From the human T2T-CHM13v2.0 reference genome, Homo sapiens: 64,000 nucleotides of DNA. Shown piece after piece: positions 14,260 through 32,249 of the stretch (the stretch's first letter is position 1; every line of letters starts with the position of its first letter). The stretch lies in the NCBI RefSeq assembly GCF_009914755.1, contig NC_060934.1. One strand, given 5' to 3'. The position numbers were made by a program, and so were the translations under genes. The notes under the pieces were generated by a model, which was not told where the DNA came from, searched no databases, and was given only the letters and a program-made list of their open reading frames with translations.

Positions 14260-14566
14260 GCCGAGTGCGGTGGCACAGCCTGTGGTCCCAGCTACTCTGG
14301 AGGCTGAGGAAGATCATTTGAGCCCAGGAGTACTGGTCTGGAGCGAACTATGCCTATTGGGTATCTGCAGTAAGCTCGGCATCAATATGGTGACCTTTCG
14401 GGAGTGGGGACCACCAAGTTGCCCAAGGAGGGGTGAACTGGCTTGGTGGGAAACAGAACAGGTAAAAACTCCATGCTGATCAGCAGTGGGACTGCATCTG
14501 TGCATAGCCACTGCCCTCCAGCCTGGGCAACACACAAGACCCTGTCTCTAAAAATAAATAAATAAA
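14260..14566 (+). pseudogene. Processed 7SL (SRP) RNA pseudogene
   Basis: Alu-like ends flanking the S domain (ggcatcaatatggtgacc...aaggaggggtgaactggc...ctgatcagcagtggga); A-rich tail; many substitutions. Confidence 0.92.
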
Positions 14567-14618
14567 TGAATGGAATAGAAGAGAATATTGAAGACAAGGG
14601 GATGAAGGCATGATTTTA

Positions 14619-14942
<324 letters not shown>

Positions 14943-15238
14943 TTATGGCCTTAAATAATAGGGTTGATTTCCACTTTAAAACATATCCTGTTATATTTCA
15001 GTGAAAATTTTTATTTAAAAATATTCTAAATATTGAAAAGATGTATTTTGGGGGGGCAGAGATAATGTCATTCCTTTTATTACCATCCAAAAACTGGAAG
15101 AAGCATTTCATTTTGTGAAAACTGTGCTGCTTTTAAAAGAGAAAGTCCTTACTTCCTGACTGGACCCTTCCCCCACCCCTGCTTCTCATTTTGAGGAAAC
15201 CATTCTTGAATAGGCTTCTGAAAATCTTACAAGAGTAA

Positions 15239-15675
<437 letters not shown>

Positions 15676-15918
15676 TCTTTTGATGTTTTTTAACTGATCA
15701 ACTAGGTGTGAACAGAACTGGATTTTTTTCCCCGAAGAGCTGAGGCTGACTGGGGTGTGACCTCCTTAGCTGTGTAGACTGCATTGACTCTACTGTGCCT
15801 AGAATTTGGACAATGGCCTGAGGGACCAGTATGTGATTTAAGCATAATTAAAAGGTTATACTTGAGGGATAGACCTGAATCTGGAAGACAACTGCTAATT
15901 TTCTGGGGCACTGAGGGG

Positions 15919-16221
15919 TTTTTGTTTTGTTTTGTTTTTTGAGACAGGGTCTTGCTGTCACCCAGTCTGTAGTGCAGTGGTGCCATCTCAGCTCACTGCA
16001 ACTTCGACCTCCTGGGCTCAAGTGATCCTCCCACCTCAGCCTCCTGAGTAGCTGGGACTATAGGCTCGTGCCAACATGCCTGGCTAATTTTTGTATTTTT
16101 TGTAGAGATGGGGTTTCGCCCTGTTGCCCAGGTTGGTCTCTAAACTCCTGGGCTCAAGCAATCCATCCACCTTGGCCTCCCAAAATGTTGGGACTACAGG
16201 TGTGAGCCACCACGCCCGGCC
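15919..16221 (-). mobile_element. AluJ
   Basis: ctcctgggctcaagtgatcctcccacc J diagnostics. Confidence 0.9.
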
Positions 16222-16521
16222 AACACTGTTTTTATGAAGGTCTGTTCCTAGAAATGGAAACCATTAAAAACAATGGCAAGAAGACCCTTTGGTTGAGGAA
16301 TGACAAGATCCAAGAGGAAAACTGGTGTGCCATGGCGCCTTCCAGGCAGAGCAGGTGTTCAGGGCAGAGGCCTGGGCGGGTAGACGGGCTGCAGTTCTGG
16401 AGTGAAGACGGTGGAGGCTGCATTCTTTTCTGGCTTTCTGTTGGGATTGGCCTGGGTATGTCCTTTGACATAGCCTGTCACAGGGAATGACCGAAAAGAT
16501 TAAAGGTACCTGTTCCTCTTC

Positions 16522-16725
16522 AGGGGCTCTGTTCAACGTAGTAGCCACTAGCTGTATGTTGTTATTTATACTTAAATTAATTAAAGTTAGGAATTATGTT
16601 CCTGAAGCATGCAAACCACATGTCTAGTGCTCAGTAGCCATGTGTGGCTAGTGGCCATTGTATTGGGCCATGCATATAGAACATTCCCATCATTGCAGAA
16701 AGCTCATCGGGACAGAGCTTCTCTA
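16522..16725. mobile_element. MER3-type hAT-Charlie MITE
   Basis: tagccactagc...agccatgtgtggctagtggcc...gaacattcccatcattgcagaaag. Confidence 0.75.
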
Positions 16726-16794
16726 GAGGATTCTGTGCATTTAGTGAGTGTGATAACCCCATGACTTCTGACATGAAAAATTAGGGAAAATTAA

Positions 16795-16985
16795 AAGAAG
16801 CAGAGGGAGGCAGGGAGTTGGGGAGAGAGACAGTGTGGAGGAGGGGGAGAAGGAGAGATGAGAGGGGGAAATGGGTAGGAGAAGGAGAAAATAGGGAAGG
16901 GGGTGCGGAGAGTGAGGAAGAGACTGAGGAAGGGGAGGGGGCTGCACCATGGAGGAGGGGTGAAGGCAGGGGTTGGGAGTTGGGA
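16795..16985 (+). repeat. GA-rich low-complexity polypurine tract
   Basis: About 190 bp, mostly G/A. Confidence 0.8.
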
Positions 16986-17927
16986 CTGACTCACCTAAGA
17001 GGAAATTCAGGTCAGGGACAATCATGGATGGTGGCGGGGGTGGAGGGGGTTAAGCTACCATATCCTCCCCCACCCCCTTTTTCAATATCTTGTTGGGAAA
17101 TTTGCCTAAATTGAGCAACTGACTTTCCTGATTCAAATTAAGTGCATGATATAGATACATACAGAGCCCCATGTTCCTTCTTGAAATTCTTAATGTGGGG
17201 CTATTTTAAAGCAGTCATTTTATTTAAAAAAACAATTAAGTTGCATAAGTGCGGCAGATCTACAGAAAGAATAGAAAGAAACCTCCACAGGCAGGTGATC
17301 TAAAATGGGGGTGAAGACAGGCAAAACCATTTTAAGGGTTTTCATTTTTTCTGAGCTGGGAAGACATCAGGAAGAAGGTATACTTAAAGATGCCAAAGAA
17401 ACTCACTGTTCTTGTATCCACTTGAAAATGGTTTTCTCCTTAAAAACTGTTTCTTGTGAGATTTGAAACATTTTAACAATAACTCAGAGCACACTTAGAA
17501 AGAAAGTGTTTGAAACAATAAAACAGTTCATTGCTTGTTCCCTGGTGTCCGAAGCAAGGGAGTCTATCTGACATACCAGAGTCAACTGGTGACACCCTCC
17601 TAAACTAGGCCAGTTTTGATAGGGCCTACTGTGTTTCTAAGAACTTGTAATCTGTGGAATATCAAAAATTTTTTTAAAAAGGTAATGATGAAATGAACCC
17701 CAAGGACAGCTTCTGGGGCCTGTGCAGAAAGCAAGGGTAAACAGATAAGCTGAGATAAACAGATAAGAACATGCCTCTGTCCTGAAGTGGCAGAGGCCAC
17801 AGGGCCACTGGTGCCTCGGCTTCCCTGAGCCTTCTCAGCTGATCTGCTGCCCTGTCCTCTGTTTCCGGCATAGAGGTTACCCTTGGTTTAACGGATGGGG
17901 AAACTGAGATGAAAGAAAGGGAGTCAG

Positions 17928-18370
17928 GGCCGGGTGCAGTGGCTCACGCCTGTAATCCCAGCATTTTGGGAGGCTGAGGCAGGAGGATTGCTTGAGGCCA
18001 GGAGTTCAAGACCAGCGTGGGCAGCATAGCAAGACCCCTATCTCTACAAAAAATAAAAAATAAATAAAAATGGCCAGGCGTGGTGGCTCACGCCTGTAAT
18101 CCCAGCACTTTGGGAGGCCAAGGTGTGTGGATCACTTGCGGTCAGGAGTTCAAGATCAGCCTGACCACCGTGGTGAAAACCCATCTCTACTAAAAATACA
18201 AAATTACCTGGATGTGGTGGTGGGTGCCTATAATAATCCCAGCTACTTGGGAGACTGAGGCAGGAGAATTGTTTGAACCTGGGAGTGCCACTGCACTCCA
18301 GCCTGGGTAACAGCGAAACTCCGTCTAAAAGGTAAAATAATAATTTAAAAAAAAACATAAAAATAAAAAA
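17928..18370 (+). mobile_element. FLAM monomer followed by an AluS in its A tail
   Basis: Left-arm monomer 17928-18070 then dimer 18072-18370; outer TSD aaagggagtca. Confidence 0.85.
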
Positions 18371-19470
18371 AGGGAGTCACTTGTTCAAGGTCACTTGAAC
18401 TGTGGACTTTTGGGGAGCAATTGCAAGTGGATCTCCCCTATCCTCCAAAGTGCTTTTATGTTCCAAAATAAATCTTTCTTCCTTCCTCTCATAATATATG
18501 CCAAAACAACAAACTCTTCTCGAGATGGTAGGGTTTTTAAGTGTAAATACCCATGAGGTTGTAATTGTGGAAGAGAAAGAGTGTCTTTGTCAGATTCCCT
18601 GGGAAAAGGGGCAAATTGGGAATATAATTTCTGTCTCAGACCGTGATTTCAGCTGAGGGCCAGTTTGAGAGCAGTTGGGTAAATTAATTCCTACTAGGTT
18701 GTAAATGACTGATAGGTGAATCCTCAAAGTAGATGTTTCCATTTTAAAAGTAGAACTGTGTATCAATACAACTGAATCTGTGTTTGAGGACAAGGCAGGA
18801 TGCCTACATGCCATACATAAGTGCCTGTACACACATAAGCACATGTGTACGTATGTGGTATGATCGCCTGTGGAGGCCCATTACCTGTACTCTCTCGCTG
18901 CCTGGGCCCCTCCTACCAACACATCGGACAAGCGAGGCCAGCCTCTTGCGTTATTTTTCCCCTCAGCATGGCTAGTGGCCAACGAATTGCCCCCAAGGGA
19001 CTGGATGTGAAGCCCCATGGGTGGTGGTGGTGGGGACAGTCATGGGAGTTTAGGTGTGGGCCACATCATTGGCAGCAGCACCACCTCCTTTCCTTGGCAG
19101 AGGCAAGAGGTGGGCAGCGGGCATGCCAGTTCCTGCTGGCTCACCACACATAGCTCCCATCTGCCCTGCACCCTGCTTCCCTGGCCGCTTACTGCTCCTT
19201 AGGAGGTTCTCGCCCTCAGTTACCTCTGCCTGACAGTGGTACCTTATGTGCAGGCTCAGGTTTCTGCAGCTCTCTTTACTTACTACCCAAGTAGGGGGTT
19301 AGAGAGGGGGAGGCGAGGAGGGTTTTTCTTGCAGATTGCAGGGCATCCCCACCCCCTCACCAAAGAGAGGGTATGAAGTGGCCTTTTCCCCCAGAAAAGC
19401 TCTCTCCGGATGACCCCTTGCCATTTTTCAGTGGTAACCTTGAGTGTTTGCATTTAGAAACCATGTCAAC

Positions 19471-19475
<5 letters not shown>

Positions 19476-19504
<29 letters not shown>
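19476..19504 (+). repeat. (TG)n microsatellite
   Basis: Read directly. Confidence 0.95.
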
Positions 19505-19505
<1 letters not shown>

Positions 19506-20252
19506 GCGTTAATGTTGCAACTCTGCTTTTCAGGGGGCTTTGTGAGGCAAGGGAGTGTATAAGAGCCATGCACTTCCTTGGGGGTCCACAGTCAGACTTG
19601 AGATCCTGGTGGGAAGGCAGCCTGGTGTCGCTCCCTGATGATGAGGGTACAAGAAGCCATGCTTTTGATCTGCTCCTGCAGAGAAGGTGTAGCTCTAAAC
19701 TTACCCACTCCAGGAAGGGAAGGGGAGGGGGTAGGAGATAGAATTACCCAACTGCTGGATGGAGAGAACCCAGCCAATGTAATTGCTCTGCAAGTCTGAT
19801 AAAAAGTCTTGTGAAACCTCATTTGAAAATGGAATTCCATCCTGGCATGGGTCTTAGCACTGCTTCTGAAATGGAAACAAGCTGGAGAAGGTCGACAAAT
19901 GTCCCAGGAAGAACAGCTTTAAGTGGCTGATGCAGAAATGGGTCCTGCTTGGTCTTAATGTTTTCTGTTAATGCACTCAGGAGGGGCTTGTTGGGATATG
20001 TAGATAACATCCCAGGAGAAGGAACTCCTAGCTCTAGGAAGAATAGGGGTGGAGTAAGGACAAAGGATTGGACCATCGACTTGAATAGCAAAGGATACCT
20101 GAGCATCCAACTTTTCTCAAGCCAAATGCTGTTGTGGGTTGATGCCACTACCCCTGCTGTCACAGATTAGGGAGAGTGTGTGTCTAATGAATATGTTCCT
20201 GGAACATAGTAGGTGTTCAAAAATATTTCCAGAATGAATGACTGATGCTACA

Positions 20253-20917
<665 letters not shown>

Positions 20918-21940
20918 TATTTATGTTATGTGATGGTGAAGAAGAGAGCCGAGAAAGTGATATCCTCAAGAAATGGCCTTGGGGTCACAATAGATGGTAC
21001 ATTAGGATACGATTCAACATGGTTAAGAAAGGTTAACTAAGGTTATAGGGCAAATTGGAAAATGTTTTCCAAATGTTTGTCTTAACTCTGAAAAATGTTT
21101 GGCAAACTCCCCCTCCCCCCTAATTTGGAAGTGGTTTGTTTTAGTCGTTTTGGAAGAAATAAATATTTGCATTAGACCAAACATTTGGGGCAAACAGTTC
21201 TCCCCATTTCTGAGGCTCTGTGTGAGTAGGAGGAGATGTTTCATGCCGATAACACTCATCCCTTTTTTGGCCAAATCGAAGGTAACTTTCGATGTGAGCT
21301 TCACATGCTTTTCACATAACTGCTAGAATGAGGTTGAGCAAATGGAAAGAAAAGAGGAAGCCAAGCAGCTTGATCCTTCCAGACCTAGGGATGGCTGATG
21401 ACCTGGCATTTGAAGGATGTAATCGTTAAAGAAAAATTGCCTTTCTGCTCATGGGCAGGGAGGCTGGATCCAATTAAGACAAGGAAAACGTATGTTAACT
21501 TGGAGGAAAAATTTCTAAACAGTCAATTCTGTAATCCTCTCTGAAGAGGAAGAGGCCAACATGATGAGGCTTTATGGATGGTGCCAAGCCCTGTGATATA
21601 TAATAATTAGTAACCACTGGTTATTTTGCCGCACACTCATTCTCCAAACCACTAACCATTGCTTGGGATGGAATGCACCAGGCCTAGATATTTGCCCCAG
21701 ATGTCTTCCCTTCAGCAGTATCCAATTAGAGGGATTTTTACAAATTAAAGCTTAATTCTCTATAATATATAGCAAAATATAAATTAAGGAAGGAGAAACC
21801 CGATTTCCTTGGTTGGTTCCATGGGTTACGGAGGTGAGGGCTAGTCTTCAGGTGCACCTCTTAGTTTATGCTTCAGTGGCTAGTGGTGACTGTTCTATAT
21901 CATGGTCCTTGGTATTTTTGCTAGTCTTTTTGGTAGCTTA

Positions 21941-22637
<697 letters not shown>

Positions 22638-24388
22638 TCAGAAATAATTAGCGTCAGCATGTAGTTGAACGTTTTCCCAAATCTCTGTATATGCACATAC
22701 GAACATCTAGATAGAACTTTACACAAAATGGGTCCCAGTGTACACACTGTTCCGCAGCTGTTTTCAGTCCACAATATGCTGCAGAGCCTTTCCATATCTG
22801 TGTTTATAGTTTCCCATGAAATGGATGGGTGTCAGGAAAAATTGTGAAAGACTTTGGAAGCTGAATGCTGTTTCAATGGAATGCTGGGTATGTTCTAGCA
22901 GACTCTTAGGGGTTATCCAGTTCTAAAGGGGTCTGTGTTTTTCATTGTCTTTGACTAGTTTTATAATATATTTAACCAAGCCCCTAGAATGAGCCATTTA
23001 AATTCTCTAATTTTTAAAGATAATATAAAGGAATATCCTACCCATGATATATTCATCTTTATGCACTTATTTTAAAGACTTCTGTTTTTTTCCTGTGGGA
23101 GTATCTGCCTAATAACATCCCCTTTCCTCTTTGGGAAGAATCATAATAATTTGTGAAATAGGCTTCAGTGACCCTAGGGATGTACAATGTAGATTTTCTT
23201 ATGAGAAAGGAGCATGATACATGTGACATGACATTTCTGAGACCTTTGGGACTTAACATCCCTCACCTCTGAGTAATGAGTCATCTTTTCTATGGTATTC
23301 AAAGTTTGAATTAGGGAAATTAAGGTTGAGTTCAGTCAAAGACTTTAGTTGTAGATGACTTTTCAGTTGCCCTTGGATTTTGCATGTGTAAATCAGGCAG
23401 GGGGTACACTCAGAAAACAAGCCCACAGCTTCGTAAGGTGTCTTGGATCTCTCACTGTGGATCATCAGCACAACCCTGTGGGCCTGGGAATTGTTTTTGC
23501 TGTTGCTGTTAGTATTATTCTAGTTTGAGAAAGAAGGAAAACAAGCTCAGAGAGGTGAAGTGGTTTTCCAAGATCACATACCAAGGAGCCACTTCCCCTT
23601 GTTTCCTGTGGTGCCAATCCATTGCTTCGTTTTTCGTGTTTGAGAGCTTTTGCGTTTCATTGTACATTGTACAATTCTAGGGAGCCATTGTTCCCATCCT
23701 AAAGCTGGTAGATGTGTAAAATGTATCAGGTCGGGGGGCAGAAAGTGTCTTGAGGAAGGGACGCCCCTTCCTAATCCCCTCCAAGTGCTGCCTGTGCTGG
23801 TGTCAGTCCTCCTGAGGTCATTTGCCCTGTCTTTGATCTGGCACAGTATCCTCCTCTGTGGAATTCTGTAGCTCTTCCTCTGGTAACTGCTTTCACTAAA
23901 GGTTTGCATGGAATTTACCTAGACAAGGGCCCTACGGTTCCCACCTGAGAATAGAAAACGCCCATTAAAAACAGCACCACACAAAACAAATCAGTGGCCC
24001 CTCCTCCTGCTCTGCCTCCCTCCGAGATAAGCTTGGCATGAGGGCATAGTCCAGAGCCCCACGGCCTTCAGTAATTTTGTTAACAATTGGAGGAGAATGG
24101 CATTTTCTTCTGGGAAACATTTGCAGATGTGTGAGCTAGCTCTACATGGGGAAGGGCTGCCCCTTCACTGCGTGCTGAGGCTACGGGCTCCGTGTCCTGT
24201 CAGAGTGTGGGAGGGAGCTCCTCACACTGAAGCCAGCTCCTTCCTTCCGCAAAGAAGGGATCTGAGGGCCAAAAGGGGCCCGCATGGGTGGCCGTGCAGG
24301 AGCAGAAAGAGGCTCCAAAGCAGGATGGGTCCCCTGGCCTGGATTTTCCTCCAGGGCAGCTCTGCAACTCTAACACCCATCCCCAGGC

Positions 24389-24797
24389 TGTGTGTTTCCT
24401 AGGGATACGTAATAAAGTGCCACCAACTGGGTGGTTTAGAACAACAGACATCTATTGTCGCACAGTTCTGGAGGCCAGACGTTTGAAATCAAGGTGTGTG
24501 CAGGGCCGTGCTCCCTCTGAAGGTACCCGGGGAAGACCCGTTCCAGGCCTCTCTCCTTGGCTTGTTGGTGGCTGTCTTCTCCCTGTGCGTCTTCCTCTTG
24601 TGCATCTGTCCCTGTGTCCAGAGTTATCCTTTGTATAAGGACACCAGTGCTATTGGATCATGGCCCACTTGAATGACCTCATGTTAACTTGATTACCTCC
24701 ATAAAGATCCTATTTCCAAATAAAGTCACATTCTGAGGTACCGGGGGTTAGGACTTCAACATAATCTTCTTTGGAGGACGCAGTGAACCCTGGAACA
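24389..24797 (-). mobile_element. MLT1B/C MaLR LTR
   Basis: cacagttctggaggccagac...atttccaaataaagtcacattctgaggtac...ttaggacttcaacat. Confidence 0.85.
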
Positions 24798-25417
24798 CAG
24801 GCCCTGCCTGTACTGAAGCAGCAGCTTTTGGGGATAGCCTGTATTTTTAAAACAGGAGGTTCTGAGGATGAACCAGGCGTGGGAACTGCTGCTCTATAGA
24901 ACCCTGGAGCTGGTGGGTTTTCTGAGTGCCTTCTGAGATTATCTCGGACATCCAGACTACTCTGACCGGGTCCCCAAATAGGACTCTGCAGGTTCCCTGG
25001 CAGTTGGTTTCTGTCTTCTGCTCAAATATTTCTAGAGACGGGGAGCTCATACCTTCTTCTAAGCAGCCTATCCGATTTTAAACCACTGGATTAAAAATAT
25101 CTATAATAATATATATATATTATATATATCTATATATATTAGATAGGCTTCTTGCCTCACCCACTAAATTGTAGACTTCCTGAGGGCTGACACCAGGGCT
25201 TTTTCTTTGTATCTTACTGGAACTAACGAGATGCTAAAAGTAAACCCAAGTCGGCCTGTGGAGACCTGGTATGTCTGGTGCCATGTTAACCCATTAGGTC
25301 CTGGTTCTGCTCTTTGGAGGTATCCAGGATAAATGCACCACTCTTTGCCTGAGGGGGCCCTTCTAATATTAGAAGACAACTATGATACCCACTGTAGAAC
25401 TAAAAGCAGAACCCCAA

Positions 25418-25595
25418 GTCCGGCACGGTGGCACTCACCTGTAGTCCCAGCTACTCCCAAGCCAGGAAGATCACTTGAGCCAGGAGTTCTGGGCTGCAGT
25501 GTGCTATGCACTGCACTCCAGTGAATAGCCACTGCACTCCAATCTGGGCAACAGAGTGAGACCCTGTCTCTTAAAAAACAAACAAACAAACAAAC
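25418..25595 (+). mobile_element. FAM (fossil Alu monomer)
   Basis: Single monomer with gctgcagtgtgctatg...gtgaatagccactgcactcca; degenerate TSD cagaaccc. Confidence 0.75.
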
Positions 25596-25775
25596 ATAGC
25601 CAGAACCCTGCCCTCCAGATTCCCAGACTGGGCTCTCATTGTGCATTGCAGCCAAGTAACAGACATAACCAACCTTAGGATAGGATTTATTAGCAGGTGG
25701 GAATGATGTTGTTGCTAACATCTGGCAAAGCTCAAGGCTTCATAACTTGCCAGAAGTGAGATCCAGTCACCCACT

Positions 25776-26108
25776 ATTTATTTATTAATTTATTATTTAT
25801 TTATTTATTTATTTATTTATTGAGACGGAGTGTTGCTCTGTCGCCCAGGCTGGAGTGCAATGGCACGATCTCGGCTCACTGCAACCTTCTGCCTCCCAGG
25901 TTCAAGCGGTTCTCTTGCCTCAGCGCCCCGAGTAGCTGGGATTACAGGCGCCCGCCACCATGCCCGGCTAACTTTTGCATTTTTTTTTAGTAGAGATGGG
26001 GTTTCACCATGTTGGTCAGGCTGGTCTCGAACTTCTGACCTCAGGTTATCCAACTGCCTTGGCCTTACAAAGTGCTAGGATTACAGGCGTGAGCCACTGC
26101 GCCCAGCC
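25776..26108 (-). mobile_element. AluS with (ATTT)n tail
   Basis: TSD agtcacccact. Confidence 0.93.
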
Positions 26109-27020
26109 TAGTCACCCACTTTTTAATTTTCGAGGTAATATGGTATCTTCTCCTGCTGTGCATTGAGGCAAGATGTTTCCATTCCATTGAAAGCTTGATC
26201 AAGGTTCTATGAGAAGTTCAAAGGGAAAAGGAGAGTGTGCCACTCATGTGCTGTGTGGCTCCTCTCCAAGCAAAACCATCCTCAGCTGCATAAATGTGCA
26301 GCTTGGCCAGGTGATCCTGGAGTCTCTTCTCACCCTTCAAATCTTGAGAATTTGCGGGTGCATTTTCCACTGATAATTCAACTGTTGGGTACTTCAGAAT
26401 AAAATTTGATGTTAATTTGAAGAGCAGGCATTACACATTAAAACAAAAATTACCCCAAGGGAAGAATGAGAGCCAAGAGGGGTTACATTTGTAGTAGAAA
26501 TAAACAGGAAAAAAACCCGCCACTGCTAATTGAACTGATTCTCGCAATCCAAGAAAGGCAAATGCATGATTCTAATGTTTTCTTTAGTAGATTACAGAAA
26601 GGAAGATTAAATCAAAAGTCAAAAATAAACAGTTTGATTATCCTACACTGTATTATCTTAATAAACTGTCTTCCTGGAAAGTTTAAAAATACACAGTACT
26701 TCATCTGGCCAAAGAAAACAGTAAGTAAATATTGTTGAGAAAATGTAAGAATTTTCCATCTAGATGTGAGGGGTGGAAATATTGCCATGTGGACTTCAAG
26801 ACATCCCACAAGGAGTGAGAGAGTGATAGGTATTACCTACCTTTTAAGGCTTGTTGTCGGGGACACTGTTGTCACATACGGGGGAAGAGGTTGGGAGGGG
26901 AATGGGCCCTATCAAGCACTCTTCTGGGCTCCTGGCAAAACCTCACCCACTTCTGCATTCTCCTGCAAGGTTTGTCTAGATACTAGCTGTATCCTGACTG
27001 GTGATGCTCAGATTTCATAG

Positions 27021-28550
<1,530 letters not shown>

Positions 28551-28679
28551 TGCCTCTCTGTATCTTTATCATCACATAGGAATAATGCCCTATTGATCAC
28601 AGAGACCAAATAAAAAATGCAAATAAGATGGGGAGTCCAGATGCAAACCCTAGTATATGTAAAATTTTAGTATATAATA

Positions 28680-28999
28680 GGCTGGGCACGGTGGCTCATG
28701 CCTATAATCCCAGCACTTTGGGAAGCCGAGGTGGGTGGATTGCTTGAGCCCAGGAGTTTGAGACCAGCCTGGGCAATATGGCGAAACTCCATCTCTACTA
28801 AAAATACAAAAATTAGCCGGGCATGGTGGCGCATGCCTGTAAACTCAGCTACTAGGGAGGAGGTTGAGGCAAGAGAATCGCTTGAACCCGGGAGGCAGAG
28901 ATTTGCAGTGAGCTGAGATCGTGGCACTGCACTCCAGCCTGGGTGACAGAACAAGACTTGATCTCAAACAACAACAACAGCAGCAACAAACAAACAAAC
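28680..28999 (+). mobile_element. Alu with (AAC/AGC)n tail
   Basis: Full dimer. Confidence 0.92.
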
Positions 29000-29529
29000 A
29001 TGGTAGCCTTGTTACAGCCAGGAAGGATGGAGATAGTAAATGGGGAGGTAGTTTCTAAGGAAAAAAGCAAGTCCTGGTTAGACAGGTAGTATGTAGGGAT
29101 CCACTACACATGAAAAGATGCTCGATCTCACTAGAAATCTAAGATATATAGAATCTTAGTTTGGCAATAATTTAAAACATTGATAAAGGCTTATTTAAAA
29201 AGTGTGGGTGAATAGGTTCTTTCAAACATTACGATCTTGTTGCTGACTAGAGTGTAAATTGGTAAGTCTTTGTCTCAAGAACATTTTGGTAATATAGACA
29301 TCAAAAGCCTTAAAATTGGGTAACCCTTGACCTTGAAGTTCCACGTCTAAGATTTTATCTTAAGGAAAAATTAGCGTACCAATGACGTGCAGGAAGTTGT
29401 TCAGTAGATGATGTTTATAATAGAGGTTAATTGGAAACAGTTCCAATGACCATCTGTAAAGGATCGATATAATAAATCCTGGCATATTCAAATAGTAGAC
29501 TCATACATAGCTATTAAGAATTATGGAGA

Positions 29530-30033
<504 letters not shown>

Positions 30034-31595
30034 AATTATGGAGACCTATTCTTATTGGCATGGAGAGACGATCATAACATAGTGAGCAGGGGTTAGGAAA
30101 ACCCAGATTATGTACAACGAATGTGCGTTACACTTAATAATTAGAAGAAAAAAGATGTCTTTTTTGGGGAGGGGGTGACAATGCCTTGTAAATGTAAGGC
30201 CACTTGAGAGGACTGTACAGAAATAAAATCCTTAAAGAAAAGTAAACATGCCAGGTCTTCTGAATCTCAGCAAGGGTTGGCCTTCTTAGCATTCCTCCAT
30301 GGGAGATTCTAGGATTATTCCAGCTGTGTTACTTCAAGGATTCTTGAAACTCTTCTTGGACCCATTTGTTGACTGACTGCTTTGATGGACTGTAAATACA
30401 CATCATTAAGGCTAGATGCCTTAACGCATCTAGCATACTGTTTTGACTCCGCTAGATGATGACATGTCTTTGTCTTTCAAATGCGAATTTGATTTTTCGG
30501 AAAATCAAATTTTGTTAGGCTTGATGCGTAAAGTGGCCATTTTGGAGCTGGAGAGTAAGGGGCAAGAATGGGGAATGAGAAGACTGGGACCTTTCCCAGT
30601 GCCCTGTGCTGGGTTGGGGTTTATAAAAAACCCTCCAAGGCATTGGCTTTGTTAGGCTGGGCTCTTCTGGGTGTGCAGCGTTGTGTGTTTGTTTTAATAG
30701 TAACCACCATTATTTTATAATAAAATGACGGTTGGTGGAAGGTGAGCACTCCTATCCTTGGTTGACAAGCTGGGCAGTTGATGAAGAGATACTCTGTCTG
30801 TAATCCTTTAACCAGGGATGTGCCCAGTAGAGGCTAGATTCCTGTTATCTCTGTCTAGTGAACTAGTGACCAACTAATGAGCAGGGAGGGGTGCTTTAGC
30901 ATGTGCAAAATCCGAGTCAATTGAACTGACATGATTCAAGACCTCCTGGGTGTGTAATGCTGGCTGGGGTACTTCAGGAATGCAAAGATGTGAGATTCTG
31001 CTCTTCCTCTTCAGGACCTTCCAGCCTAGTTGGGGGAAAGGCAGGTACATGATCAACTCCATTACAAAGTAATCTAAGTACAGAGGCAGCCTTGATGGGG
31101 GGCAGGGATCAGTAAAGCTTTCATCAGAGAAGTGGTCTTGAGCTGTGCCTTGAGGACAGGTGGCTGGTGGTATGAAGACAGCATTTACAGGGCCCCTAAC
31201 TGGTGCAGGCTCTGTGAAGGAGGCTTTATAGAGATAGATGTATTTTTCACCACGGTCCAATGCATTAGGTTTCGTTGTCTTTTGCACATGACAAATCTGA
31301 CAGGCTAAGGACACATTCAGGTAGGTGTTGGAGCTTGGCTTTGAGCTTCCAGCCTGTGCTGTGGGGAGAATTCCATCTTATGAGGTTACGGGGTGTGAGG
31401 GACAAAGGTTGTTGGCACTGGGGAAAGCCAAATGGTGGTGACTTGGGAACAGCTTGTGGTGGCCCCATTTTTCTGGAGCCTGGAGTAGTTGTGGGGGAGC
31501 AGGGAGCAGGAAGGCTGCAGAAGAATAGGGTCATATGGGGAGGTCTCTGAGTGTCAGGCTAGAATTTGGGAGTTAAGGTTTTAGGCAAAAAATAG

Positions 31596-32249
31596 CCGGC
31601 CAGGTACGGTAGCTCACGCCTGTAATCCTAGCACTTTGGGAGGCCAAAGTGGGAGGATTACTTGAGCCCAGGAGTTCCAGACTAGCCTAGGCAATATGGT
31701 AAGACCCATATATTAGTCCATTTTCACACTACTGATAAAGACATACCTGAGACTGGGTAATTTATGCATGAAAAAGGGTTTAATGGACTTACAGTTCTAC
31801 GTGGCTGGGAGGCCTCACAATCATGGCAGAAGGCAAGGAAGAGCAAAGTCACGCCTTAGGATGGCAGCAGGCAAAGAGAGAGCTTGTGCAAGGAAACTCC
31901 CCCTTATAATAACTGTCAGATCTCATGAGACTTACTCACTGTCTCAAGAACAGCAAATACCTGTCCCCATGATTCAGTTACCTCCCACTGGGTCCCTCCC
32001 ACAACATGTGGGAATTCAAGATGAAATTTGGGTGGGGACACAGCCAAACCGTATCACCCCATCTCTACAAAAAATAAAAAAATTAGCCAGGTGTGGTGGT
32101 GTGCACCTGTAGTCCCAGCCACTTGGGGAGGACTGAAGCGGATCACGTGAGCCCAGGGATGCTGCAGTGAGCTATAATTACATCACTGTACTCTAGCCTG
32201 GGTGGCAGAGTGAGACCCTATCTCAAAAAAAAAAAAAAAAAAAAAAAAG
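31596..32249 (+). mobile_element. AluJ split by a THE1 LTR
   Basis: Left arm 31596-31708, remainder 32057-32249. Confidence 0.88.
31709..32056 (-). mobile_element. THE1B/C solo LTR
   Basis: tattagtccattttcacact...ggggacacagccaaaccgtatca; 5-bp TSD accca/cccca. Confidence 0.92.

Noticed and set aside
14260-14566. Functional 7SL RNA gene
   Set aside because: Many substitutions and a deletion relative to 7SL, an A-rich retroposition tail, and no oligo-T terminator at the 3' end
25097-25145. AT-rich self-complementary tract as a cruciform element
   Set aside because: Short, imperfect (AT)n microsatellite of a very common kind
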